A stretch of 64,000 bases of DNA from an uncultured Gemmatimonadaceae bacterium (GTDB lineage Bacteria; Gemmatimonadota; Gemmatimonadetes; Gemmatimonadales; Gemmatimonadaceae), in contig CAWFQK010000002.1 in assembly GCA_963817955.1 (NCBI GenBank), positions 992,001-1,056,000 of the forward strand. Direction: 5' to 3'. A program made the translations under genes and the position numbers. Below are positions 38,658 through 47,720 of the stretch, piece after piece. The notes beneath the pieces are model-generated. The model was not told where the DNA came from. It searched no databases and worked only from the letters and a program-made list of their open reading frames with translations. How positions within the stretch are numbered: position 1 is the stretch's first letter; each line of letters opens with the position of its first letter.

Positions 38658-38684
38658 TAAGACACCCCTGAGCACTCAGCCGCA

Positions 38685-38900
38685 TCAGCCTTCGCCGGGA
38701 GTTTCGATCGGAGTCGCACCGTCCTGATCGTTCGCTCCACAGGGCATGCGATGAACGACGCGGTGACTGAGGATGCGGACGTCGGCATCCTCGAACCGCG
38801 CAATCAGCTCACCGCACTTCATGCAGCGCGGGAACATCGTGAAGATCGAGCGGGCCATCTCGTCGATGGCCGGATCGTTGGGGCGCGCTGCGATGTCCAT
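38685..38900 (-). CDS. Small hypothetical protein (CxxC...HxxxC)
   Basis: 71-aa ORF with FPRCMKCG and VVHRMPC. Confidence 0.5.
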   Translation of the reverse strand: MDIAARPNDPAIDEMARSIFTMFPRCMKCGELIARFEDADVRILSHRVVHRMPCGANDQDGATPIETPGEG

Positions 38901-38939
38901 GCTGCACTATGTGGGGAGGGATTGGAGTTCGCCAGGTGT

Positions 38940-38968
38940 GGGACACGGGACACGGGACAATGGGGACG
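38940..38968 (+). repeat. GGGACAC heptamer repeat
   Basis: gggacacgggacacgggacaatggggac. Confidence 0.85.
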
Positions 38969-39562
38969 TCAGCAGTGCTCGAACGCGTTCAGCATGTCGC
39001 GTTTGTCCAGGTCCGTGTAGCAATACGGTCCGCATTGCGTGAGTCCTGCGGTTCGAAAGAGCCGGCGATACTCCGCTGCGCTTCGCTCCTGCCAGCCGAG
39101 TCGATCGCCTTCCATGGCGTCCTCCGTCGTGAACGCCTCGATGTACGCGACGCCGCCGAGCAAGCGACGGACGGCGCGCAAACCTCGCTCGAGATCACGT
39201 GACTCGACATACTGCAGGACGTCCGCGCAAACGATGAGATCGATATTGCGTGGCACGGTCATCTTCGCGAGATCGCCGAAGCTGCCCCGACGAATGTTGC
39301 GCCGCTTGCCAAACCGCTCGAGCACGTACTCGCTGGAGTCGATACCGACGTAACGCACCTCCGGCCTGAGCCTTCGGAGAACGGAGAACCAGGGCGCCTC
39401 GCCGCAGCCGATATCGAACACCGTTCGGATGCGCCGGCCGAGAACGAACTCGGCAACCGAGACGGCCAGTCGCACCTTGCGGCCGAGACTTTCGCGAGTC
39501 GATACCCGATCTTCCGGGTCGCGGTACCAACGGTTGAAATAGCTGCGATCGTAAGTCTTCAT
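38969..39562 (-). CDS. Class I SAM-dependent methyltransferase
   Basis: VFDIGCGE, GIDSS, DLIVCADVLQY. Confidence 0.88.
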   Translation of the reverse strand: MKTYDRSYFNRWYRDPEDRVSTRESLGRKVRLAVSVAEFVLGRRIRTVFDIGCGEAPWFSVLRRLRPEVRYVGIDSSEYVLERFGKRRNIRRGSFGDLAKMTVPRNIDLIVCADVLQYVESRDLERGLRAVRRLLGGVAYIEAFTTEDAMEGDRLGWQERSAAEYRRLFRTAGLTQCGPYCYTDLDKRDMLNAFEHC

Positions 39563-39600
39563 CCCGTGTCTCGTGTCTCGTGTCCCGTGTCCCGTGTCCC
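39563..39600 (-). repeat. GGGACAC/GAGACAC heptamer repeat
   Basis: cccgtgtctcgtgtctcgtgtcccgtgtcccgtgtccc abutting the methyltransferase ATG. Confidence 0.9.
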
Positions 39601-39689
39601 AGAGCAACCTTCGATTGCACCAGGGGGTAGAACGAAGGCTGCCCAAATCCTAGTTTCAGTAGTCTCCCACACCATTGTAGTTGTCAACC

Positions 39690-41132
39690 ATGCAAGCGAC
39701 TTCATCTGCCACTCGCGCATCGCGCTGGTTGGCTGCCGCCGTGCTGGCCCTTCTCGTTCCCGCGGCGAGCCTTCATGCGCAGGTCGTACCGGCACCCGCA
39801 TCCGGGTTTTCCGCGCTGCAGGGCTCCGTCATGGACAGCGTGCACAACGCTCCCCTGGCGAACGCCAACGTGATTGTCGAGGGCACGACGCGAGCGGCCG
39901 TCACCTCCGCGGACGGTCATTTTCACATCGACAGCATTCCCGCCGGCCCGCATCGCGTGTCCGTGATGCACGCGTTGCTCGATACGCTGGGCGTGCTGAT
40001 GCGGACACCCGCTTATCCATTCGTGGCCGGCCAGACGCACGATCTCGATCTCGCGCTGCCTGGAGGCGAGCGATTGGCCAATTCGCTCTGTACGCAGGCA
40101 ATGCGCGCCCGCGGTCCGGCCGTGATGCTCGGCTTCGTACGCGATCCGGAGAGCAACAGTCCCGCGCTCGGGGCGAAGGTATCGCTGGTGTACTACGATA
40201 CCGACCCGATCGGTCGCAAGCAGATGCGCATGCGCGAAGCACCGGTGGACTCGAGCGGCATGTACCGCATCTGCGGTCTGCCCGCCGAGATGTCGGGAAA
40301 GGTTCAGGTATTCCGCAACGGGGTGAGTACCGGCGAGGTTCCGGCCGAAGTCACGAATTTTCTCGCGCTGCGCGCGTTCAGCGTTGCCGCAACTCAGATC
40401 GTCACTGAGGTGAAGATGGACAGTGGCAAGGTGAAGCGGATCGCCAAGGGCTTGGCGCGTGTGACTGGGCGGGTCATGGATAAGACTGGCAAGCCGCTCG
40501 GGGGTGCACGTGTGACGCTTCAAGGCGGCGGGGAGACAGCGATCTCACGGCCGAACGGCGAGTTCGCACTCGATAGCCTGCCGGCAGGGACCCAGGCGCT
40601 CGAGGTACGAAAGCTCGGATACGCATCCGCTGACGTCCCGGTGGAACTGTCATCGAGCGTGCCGGCGCGCACGACGGTGACGTTGGGCGATTTCGTGCCG
40701 GTGCTCGCCACCATGCGCGTCGAGGCAGCGCAGGACAAGGCGCTGTCGGATGTCGGCTATCTACAGCGCAAGCAGACAGGCATGGGCTATTACATGGATG
40801 GCAAGATGATCAATCATGAATCGCTGTCGTTCAGCGACGTGATGCGCGTCGCGCCAGGCCTTCGTGTCTCGCCGCTGGGAGACGGGAAGACGTACGTGAT
40901 CACTGACGCGCGTAACTCGGCAGATGGGTGCGTGAATTTCTACGTTGACGGAACCTTCTGGCAGACCATGTCACCGGGCGACATCGACGATTTCGTCCGT
41001 CCACAGGAATTGGTCGCCGTCGAGGTGTACCACGGCACGAGCGCTCCGCCGCAGTTCGTGCAGGCGGGCCAGAGCGGATGCGCCGCCGTCGTGGCGTGGA
41101 CGGTAGCGAAGGTGCGCCCGAAGAAGCCGTGA
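39690..41132 (+). CDS. Exported protein with carboxypeptidase-regulatory-like domains and a C-terminal TonB plug-like domain
   Basis: Signal peptide; repeated G.V.D...PL..A.V...T...G.F....LP.G; C...YVDG...VEVYHG...CAAVVAWT. Confidence 0.8.
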   Translation: MQATSSATRASRWLAAAVLALLVPAASLHAQVVPAPASGFSALQGSVMDSVHNAPLANANVIVEGTTRAAVTSADGHFHIDSIPAGPHRVSVMHALLDTLGVLMRTPAYPFVAGQTHDLDLALPGGERLANSLCTQAMRARGPAVMLGFVRDPESNSPALGAKVSLVYYDTDPIGRKQMRMREAPVDSSGMYRICGLPAEMSGKVQVFRNGVSTGEVPAEVTNFLALRAFSVAATQIVTEVKMDSGKVKRIAKGLARVTGRVMDKTGKPLGGARVTLQGGGETAISRPNGEFALDSLPAGTQALEVRKLGYASADVPVELSSSVPARTTVTLGDFVPVLATMRVEAAQDKALSDVGYLQRKQTGMGYYMDGKMINHESLSFSDVMRVAPGLRVSPLGDGKTYVITDARNSADGCVNFYVDGTFWQTMSPGDIDDFVRPQELVAVEVYHGTSAPPQFVQAGQSGCAAVVAWTVAKVRPKKP

Positions 41133-41151
41133 CGCGCCGGCAAGGGCCGGC

Positions 41152-41364
41152 ATGACCCAGCGCATTCGTGTTTTCAGGCACACCGAGATGGCAACGGAGT
41201 GCGAGGTGTGCGGGGTGCGCTTCGATCTCATTGCGGGTGGCGCATGCACGAAATGCCGGCGGGTGCTGTGCGCGCGTCATCTGCACGGCTCGTGGGGGCG
41301 GCGCCTGATGGTGGATTTCGGGGCCGCTCCGCTGTGCACCGAGTGCCGGCGCGACGCGACGTGA
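41152..41364 (+). CDS. Small Cys-rich zinc-finger-like protein
   Basis: CEVC, CTKC, CARH, CTEC in 70 aa; stop overlaps the next GTG. Confidence 0.7.
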   Translation: MTQRIRVFRHTEMATECEVCGVRFDLIAGGACTKCRRVLCARHLHGSWGRRLMVDFGAAPLCTECRRDAT

Positions 41365-41813
41365 CCACGCACACGCCGAAGGACCCTGCGTTTGCGGCGC
41401 GCGTGCGCTCGAGCTTCGACCGGCAGCGCTTCATGGCGACCATCGGCGCGCGGCTCACGCGCGTAGAGGCCGGTGAATGCGACATCGAACTCGCCGTGCG
41501 CGATGATCTCATGCAGCAGCACGGGTTCCTCCACGCAGGCGTCCTCGCGTCTGCAGCCGACAGCGCGTGCGGCTACGCTGCACTCAGTCTCATGCCGACG
41601 GGCGCGGCGGTGCTGAGCGTGGAGTTCAAGCTCAACCTCTTGGCGCCGGCCGCTGGCGACCGCGTCGTGGCGCGAGGACGCGTCATCCGCGCCGGGCGTA
41701 GCATCACGGTGTGCTGGGGCGACGTGACGGCCTACACGGGCAGCACCGAGCGCCTCGTGGCGACGATGGTCGGCACGATGATGACCGTCACCGATCGCGG
41801 GCTGAGCGACTAG
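41361..41813 (+). CDS. PaaI family thioesterase
   Basis: QQHGFLHAG...ADSACGYAA, VEFKLNLLAPA. Confidence 0.92.
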   Translation: MTTHTPKDPAFAARVRSSFDRQRFMATIGARLTRVEAGECDIELAVRDDLMQQHGFLHAGVLASAADSACGYAALSLMPTGAAVLSVEFKLNLLAPAAGDRVVARGRVIRAGRSITVCWGDVTAYTGSTERLVATMVGTMMTVTDRGLSD

Positions 41814-42037
41814 GCTCCGTCTTCTTCGTTCGCGCGCCGTTCGCGTGCCTCGATTTCCGCGTCGGTGACATCGCTGTCAGCGATCTCGCCTGCCTCGTCC
41901 GTGTTGTCTCGACCGACCCGCACACGATCGCGTGTCTGCTCGAGCTCGTTCGCGCCATATTCGGCGCCTGCCAGGCTACGGCCGTGCATCACGTCATCGT
42001 TACGGACGGGGGATTTCTTCCTTTTGTCGTTGGGCAT
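41810..42037 (-). CDS. Small acidic hydrophilic protein (75 aa)
   Basis: GGAGG RBS; MPNDKRKKS...HGRSLAGAEYG. Confidence 0.65.
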   Translation of the reverse strand: MPNDKRKKSPVRNDDVMHGRSLAGAEYGANELEQTRDRVRVGRDNTDEAGEIADSDVTDAEIEARERRANEEDGA

Positions 42038-42086
42038 CTGTGTCCTCCTGCCGCATTCTGTTGGCAGGCTACGTGCCGGTGACGGC

Positions 42087-42719
42087 ATGGTGTGGAAGAG
42101 ACAGGCGGGCGCAATTCTCTGCGGCTTTGCAGTGGCATTCGCCACCGGCGTGGTCTGCGCTCACGTCGTGACGTCAGCGGGCGATTGGAGCCGCGGACTC
42201 CCGTGGGAGCGCACGTTGATGTACCGGCTGCACACGCCACTACCACGCACGCTCGACGCGCTGATGCTGGTCCTTCCCTGGTTCGGCACCAACGCCGCCC
42301 TCATCCCGCCCATCGCGGCGATCTGCTGGTGGTTGTGGGTACGAGAGCATCGCACCGACGACGCCGTGCGCCTGGCCGTGGTGCAGATCGGAAGCTATCT
42401 GTTGAATCCGTCGCTCAAGGCGATGTTCGGGCGTGCACGCCCCGACATGTTCGCGCGCCGCGGCTGGTACGGGTACAGCTCTTTCCCGAGCGGCCACGCG
42501 ATCGCTAGCATCTCTGTACTGATGACGCTGTGCATCATCTTACATCGAGTAAAGGGATGGTCGTGGCCGTACTACGTATTCATCCCGATCATGCTGGCCA
42601 GTCTCTATTCGCGGCTGTATCTCGCCGTCCATTGGCCAACGGATGTATTGGCTGGCGCCGTGGTCGGAATCGTCTGGCTGGCGGCAACGAGCGTCGCCTT
42701 TCGCCGGCCGGTGGCATGA
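42087..42719 (+). CDS. PAP2 family phosphatase
   Basis: KAMFGRARP, SFPSGHA, SRLYLAVHWPTDV. Confidence 0.9.
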   Translation: MVWKRQAGAILCGFAVAFATGVVCAHVVTSAGDWSRGLPWERTLMYRLHTPLPRTLDALMLVLPWFGTNAALIPPIAAICWWLWVREHRTDDAVRLAVVQIGSYLLNPSLKAMFGRARPDMFARRGWYGYSSFPSGHAIASISVLMTLCIILHRVKGWSWPYYVFIPIMLASLYSRLYLAVHWPTDVLAGAVVGIVWLAATSVAFRRPVA

Positions 42720-42741
42720 GACACGAGTCCAATGCGCCGTC

Positions 42742-43695
42742 CTACCCGATGATCGTGCTCAACCGCGAGGCATCGACGTTGCCCCCGCTGACGACGGCGG
42801 CCACGCGCTCGCCAGGCCGCAGCCGGATCGCGCGTGACAACACCGCCGCCGTGGCCGCGGCGCCAGCGGGTTCGGCGAGGAGCTTGGCGCTGAAGAGCAA
42901 CTCGGCGACGGCGGCAGCGATCGTGTCGTCGTCGATGAGCACGACGTCTTCGGCGTATTTGCGGACCAGTTCGAACGCAATATTGCCGGCCATGGGCGCT
43001 GCCAATCCGTCAGCGATGGTCTGCACGGTGTCCAGGGTCACCGCGTGGCCTTCATCCAGACTGCGGTGCATGGCCGGCGCACCGACCGGCTCCACGCCGT
43101 AGACCCGGATTTTGGGGTTGAGCTCCACCACCGCGGCCAGCACGCCGGCAATGAGACCCCCGCCGCCGATGGGGACGACCAGGACGTCGAGGTCGGCGGC
43201 TTGTTCCACTAACTCGAGCGCGACAACACCGGCGCCGGCCGCGACCAGCGGATCGTCGAATGGATGGACGAAGGTGAGTCCGCGTGACTGTTCCAGCTCG
43301 CGCGCCTTCTGGAATGCCTGGATGCTCGATGCGCCGTACAGCACGACTTCCGCGCCGTAGCCCCGGCTGGCGTCGACCTTTGCCGTCGACGCCTTCTCGG
43401 GCATGACGACCGTCGCCTTCACACCAGCATCGCGGGCCGCCCAGGCGAGCGCCTGCGCATGATTGCCTGCCGACACGGTGATGACCCCGCGCCTGCGCGC
43501 CGTCTCGTCGAGAGTCGCAATCTTGTTGAGCGCCCCCCGCGCCTTGAACGAGCCGGTTTTCTGAAGATTCTCGCACTTCAGAAATAGATGTACGCCGACG
43601 CGCTCACCCAGACGCCTGGCGGTGACGGTCGGTGTCAGGTGTACGCGGCCGGCGATTCGTTCACGCGCCGCGCGTACCGTGGAGAGATCGAGCAT
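42742..43695 (-). CDS. PLP-dependent threonine/serine dehydratase family protein
   Basis: KCENLQKTGSFKARGA, SAGNHAQA, PIGGGGL, SGGNVD. Confidence 0.93.
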   Translation of the reverse strand: MLDLSTVRAARERIAGRVHLTPTVTARRLGERVGVHLFLKCENLQKTGSFKARGALNKIATLDETARRRGVITVSAGNHAQALAWAARDAGVKATVVMPEKASTAKVDASRGYGAEVVLYGASSIQAFQKARELEQSRGLTFVHPFDDPLVAAGAGVVALELVEQAADLDVLVVPIGGGGLIAGVLAAVVELNPKIRVYGVEPVGAPAMHRSLDEGHAVTLDTVQTIADGLAAPMAGNIAFELVRKYAEDVVLIDDDTIAAAVAELLFSAKLLAEPAGAAATAAVLSRAIRLRPGERVAAVVSGGNVDASRLSTIIG

Positions 43696-43753
43696 GGGAG
43701 CCGAGGTCAAAATGGTGCCAGGGAGGAAGGGGCGAACATCCTGACAGTCTACC

Positions 43754-43891
43754 ATGTGGGACAATGGCGGTGGAGGTCAAACCACCCTCACGACCGCGAT
43801 CATCGTGAACGACGGCGAAACCATCTGGTTCGAGGGCGTGGCGCTCATCGGATTGTACTGCATCATCGCCGCGGCCTTCTGGTGGGGCTGA
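43754..43891 (+). pseudogene. C-terminal remnant of a Ca2+/H+ antiporter (CaCA/ChaA family)
   Basis: IIVNDGETIWFEGVALIGLYCIIAAAFWWG* resembles the D-G-E-x-x-W-x-E-G final helix of CAX exchangers. Confidence 0.7.
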
Positions 43892-44058
43892 CATGTCGAA
43901 TCTTTCCCGCCGGGCTGCGTGCTGGGCGACGGCTCGGACCGTCACTGAGGATTGACGTCCCGAACGGCATCGCACATCGTGGGAGCATGCTATCCGTGCA
44001 CGGCCGGCCAGCCGCCGGTGGACCTCGGCTCATATCAGGTCAGCGATCTCGCGATATA

Positions 44059-45114
44059 ATGATCAAACTTAAAACAGCCATCGCCCTGTTGGTCGCGATC
44101 TCGCCCGCGCGTGCCCAGTGGGCGCCGCAGCAGAGCGGCACGACCGCCGAATTCCGTGGTCTCGTCGCGCTCAGCCCGAACCTCGTCTGGGCGAGCGGCA
44201 CTCGAGGTCGAGTGGCCCGTACGACGGACGGCGGCCGGACGTGGGCCGTCCAAACCGTTCCGACGGCGGATTCGCTGGACTTTCGCGACATTGACGCGGC
44301 CTCGGACACGCGCGCCTGGGCGATGAGCGCCGGTCCCGCCGAGCGGCATCAGGCGCAGATCTTCCGCACCGATGACGGCGCGACGTGGACCCGTCAATTC
44401 ACGACGAGCGACTCAGGCGTGTTCTTCGACGCGATCTCCTTCTGGGACGACCTACACGGCATTGTGCTGAGCGACCCTGTGGGCGGCCGGCTCCTATTGC
44501 TCGCAACGAATGATGGGGGCTCGTCATGGACGCGCATCCCGACGGATCGTGCACCCGCCATGCTACCGGGCGAAGCAGCGTTCGCGGCGAGTGGCACCTG
44601 CCTCGCCGTGCAGGGAACGTCCAACGTCTGGATCGCTACCGGCGGTGGTCCGCGCGCCCGCGTCTTCCGGTCTACCGACCGAGGTCGTACCTGGCAGGTG
44701 TCCGACACTCCCGTGCATGCTGGCGGCAATGCGGCCGGCATCTTCTCGATCGCGTTCAGCGATGCGCAACATGGCGTGGTGGTCGGGGGCGACTACACGA
44801 AGCCGAAACAGCCGTCCGACAACGTGGCGGTGACGAGCGACGGTGGTGTCACGTGGACGCTCGCCAGGGGACCTCTGCCGCAAGGGTACATGTCGGGTGT
44901 GGCCTACGTTCCAGGCACCGACGGACGGATGCTCGTGGCGGTGGGACTCGGCGGCACCGCGCGCTCCAACGATGCTGGGCAAAGCTGGACTATGGTCGAC
45001 ACCGTCGCGTATAATAGCGTGGCGTTCGCGTCGCGCGACGACGGATGGGCGGCCGGCCCTCGCGGTCGTATCGCGAAATGGTCTCCGGCAACGCCGCGTA
45101 TCTCCAAACCGTAA
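44059..45114 (+). CDS. Secreted YCF48/BNR-repeat beta-propeller protein
   Basis: Signal peptide; repeated Asp boxes T.DGG.TW. Confidence 0.88.
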   Translation: MIKLKTAIALLVAISPARAQWAPQQSGTTAEFRGLVALSPNLVWASGTRGRVARTTDGGRTWAVQTVPTADSLDFRDIDAASDTRAWAMSAGPAERHQAQIFRTDDGATWTRQFTTSDSGVFFDAISFWDDLHGIVLSDPVGGRLLLLATNDGGSSWTRIPTDRAPAMLPGEAAFAASGTCLAVQGTSNVWIATGGGPRARVFRSTDRGRTWQVSDTPVHAGGNAAGIFSIAFSDAQHGVVVGGDYTKPKQPSDNVAVTSDGGVTWTLARGPLPQGYMSGVAYVPGTDGRMLVAVGLGGTARSNDAGQSWTMVDTVAYNSVAFASRDDGWAAGPRGRIAKWSPATPRISKP

Positions 45115-45201
45115 TTCCTATGGCCGGACGTCACACGTGGCGTTCCTGAAGCACCGACCTCCCACCGTTCCACCCCCCGTTCCAATCCCTTGAGGTAAAT
45201 C

Positions 45202-45861
45202 ATGGCTGTTCGCCGTGAAGTCGCTGTCCTTTGCAGCATGCTGGCCCTGCTCTCCTGCACACATCCGGTAGCTACCCCCTCGCCAGCTCCAGGAGCGGGA
45301 CGAGCAGCGAGTGCTACGCCGGGTACCAGCGTACAAGCCGGCCAGCCGGCCGGCGCCCCAGTACGCCGGATCCCCCCGTCGCGCGACAGTCTCGCCAAAC
45401 TCCGCGCGGACTACGTCGCGCAGATCACCCAGCAGATCGCCGGCCGCGAGACGCAACCCGCCGAGCAAGTATTCAAGAACGTGCAGGTGCTCAAGGGAGT
45501 GACGGCAACGGAGCTCGTCCGCATGATGGACAAGGAGTACGCGCAGTCGATGGGTTGGAATTGCACCAATTGCCACCGGCTCGCCCCCCAGGGCAACTGG
45601 GCAAGTGACACGTCCGAGAACAAGAAGCGCGCGCGCTTCATGCAGCAGATGACCAACGATCTGAATGGCGTGCAGCTCCCCAAGTTGTATCCGCGCGATA
45701 CCCCCAAAGTGACCTGCATTACCTGCCATCGAGGCTATAACGAGCCGCCGTCGGACGAGTATCTCGTTCCGGAACGTGGCAAGCCGGGTGGCGTGCCCTT
45801 TCCCCCGCCGCGCGTTGCCCCGCCGGCCGGACAGCGGCCGGTTGCACGACCGCCGCTCTAG
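45202..45861 (+). CDS. Di-heme c-type cytochrome lipoprotein (reaction-centre cytochrome c subunit-like family)
   Basis: GAGG RBS; LLSC lipobox; AEQVFKNVQVL; CTNCH; KKRARFM; VTCITCHRG. Confidence 0.85.
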   Translation: MAVRREVAVLCSMLALLSCTHPVATPSPAPGAGRAASATPGTSVQAGQPAGAPVRRIPPSRDSLAKLRADYVAQITQQIAGRETQPAEQVFKNVQVLKGVTATELVRMMDKEYAQSMGWNCTNCHRLAPQGNWASDTSENKKRARFMQQMTNDLNGVQLPKLYPRDTPKVTCITCHRGYNEPPSDEYLVPERGKPGGVPFPPPRVAPPAGQRPVARPPL

Positions 45862-45899
45862 GGACACGGGACAACGGCGGCGGGCTGTGGAGCCTGAAT

Positions 45900-47504
45900 T
45901 CAGCGCCCGCCGCAGGCCGCGATTTCGCGACGGGGCTCCGCAGCGTGAGGAAAGAGATCGCGCGCGGCGCGCGCTTGGGGCCGCGCGCGCGTGCAGTCGC
46001 CGCGGCTGAGGTACGCTTGGGCAAGCCGCGTGTGAATGCGATAGCTGCCTGGGTCGAACACCGCCGCACGCGCCATGGCGCTCGTGCGCGAGCCGGTGCT
46101 GTAAATAGCGATTGCCGCGAATTGCCCGGCGCTGCGGCCCACAGTAATGACGGCAAGGCCAAAGACGATCAGGGACCCGAGCTGGCGCACGCCCGTCTTG
46201 ATCGTCACCCCGCCCGCGCCTGGGGGCGCGAGTGCCCCGGCCAGCGTCCACACGAAATAGGTCGGCACAGCCACGAGTAGCACGGCGTCGAACGCGCCAA
46301 CTACCGCTGCGGCAACGAGCGTGCCGACGAGCGTGATCGCCGTGAGCACGCGCTCTGGATCTCGTCCCTTGCCTGAGCGCAGCTCGCGCACGGCTCTACC
46401 GAGCAGTCCGATCATGGTGAGCAACAAGAGGCCGAACGCGATTCCCCCGCGTTCCGACAGGTAGGCCACCCAATCGCTGCTCGGCCAGGGATTCGACGTC
46501 AGGCCGTCGTCCTGGGACATCGACGGGTCGTTGTGCGTCGCGTACTTGGGGTACGCCACCGGCCAGTTCCCCGGGCCGACGCCGACAAGGGGATGCGCCA
46601 GCGTCATGTGCAACGAATTCGTGTACTGTACGAGCCGGCCGCGTCCGCTGCCTTCTTTATAGTTCACCAAACCGGTGGCGGAGTCGAGGTACGGCGAATC
46701 GCTCTTCCATTCGAGCCGGTTCGGCAACAGAATGGCAGCGGTCGCACCGGCGACCGCCGCGGCGCCGAGCACGAACAGCCGGCGCAATGTCCGCGCTTCA
46801 CACCAGCGACTCCACGTCATCAGCGCCAACGCGCCGACTGGAACGGCCAGCACGATGACCGCGAGCCACGCGGCACGGCTGCGCGACAGCACGAGCGCTG
46901 CCGTCACGATCGCCATCGAGATCCCGCCAAAGATGCTTCCCAAGCCACGGCGCGCCGTGAGTGCCACCAGTACCACGACCGGCGTGCCGATCGCCGCCAT
47001 GTGCGCAATGAAGTTCCGGTTGCCGAACGTGCCACCCGGCGCGCGATTCAAACTGAAGTACTCCGTCTCCAGACCGTACGCCTGGGCGAGCGACGTCGCA
47101 GCGGCCAGCACGACGCCGGCCGCGAGCGCAACGACGAGTGGCCGCACGAGGCCAGCGCGGCGCAGTGCGCCGGCCACCCAGAACAGCAAGGCGCCCGAAA
47201 GCGAGATCGCCATTGCGCGCTCAGCCGCCCAGACGTTCGTCGCGAAAACGGTGGACACCACACTCACCGCGAGAAAGCCGGCGAGCAGCCAATCGACCAC
47301 TGTCACGGTGATGCGCTTGGAGTGGCTGATACAGAGCAACGCGGCGACACCCGCGCACACGTGCAGCACGAGCTCTTTCGGCACAAAGTACCGGTCGAGA
47401 TCGAACGCCTTGTACGGAAGCGCGGCAAGAATGATCGCGACGGCGCCGAACTGCAGGAGGAACAGGGCAAGCCGGTCGCGCGTGGCAGGGGACGCTGCAG
47501 CCAT
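45900..47504 (-). CDS. O-antigen ligase/polymerase (Wzy_C) family membrane protein
   Basis: GTFGNRN, LSRSRAAW, HPLVGVGPGNW, many TM segments, C-terminal TPR-like tail. Confidence 0.8.
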   Translation of the reverse strand: MAAASPATRDRLALFLLQFGAVAIILAALPYKAFDLDRYFVPKELVLHVCAGVAALLCISHSKRITVTVVDWLLAGFLAVSVVSTVFATNVWAAERAMAISLSGALLFWVAGALRRAGLVRPLVVALAAGVVLAAATSLAQAYGLETEYFSLNRAPGGTFGNRNFIAHMAAIGTPVVVLVALTARRGLGSIFGGISMAIVTAALVLSRSRAAWLAVIVLAVPVGALALMTWSRWCEARTLRRLFVLGAAAVAGATAAILLPNRLEWKSDSPYLDSATGLVNYKEGSGRGRLVQYTNSLHMTLAHPLVGVGPGNWPVAYPKYATHNDPSMSQDDGLTSNPWPSSDWVAYLSERGGIAFGLLLLTMIGLLGRAVRELRSGKGRDPERVLTAITLVGTLVAAAVVGAFDAVLLVAVPTYFVWTLAGALAPPGAGGVTIKTGVRQLGSLIVFGLAVITVGRSAGQFAAIAIYSTGSRTSAMARAAVFDPGSYRIHTRLAQAYLSRGDCTRARPQARAARDLFPHAAEPRREIAACGGR

Positions 47505-47720
47505 GATGCAGAGGAATCAACCGGTGCGACCAGTTATTCGCTAGACGGCTTCAACAGCGCGTCCGAGCGGAGCGGCCAGACGCACACCCATAACCCAAGC
47601 GCTGATCCGTGCGACTCCCTTACAACCTCAGGTGGGCGCCGTTCTTGCTCGCATGACCGAGGTTGCTTGATTACAGCATGGCAACCTCGGCTGTGCCTAT
47701 TTCTCTAGCCCGCCCGCACC

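Noticed and set aside
44059..45861. Photosynthesis gene cluster (YCF48-like plus PufC-like)
   Set aside because: No pufLM, bch or crt genes are in the window, and both families are common in non-phototrophs.
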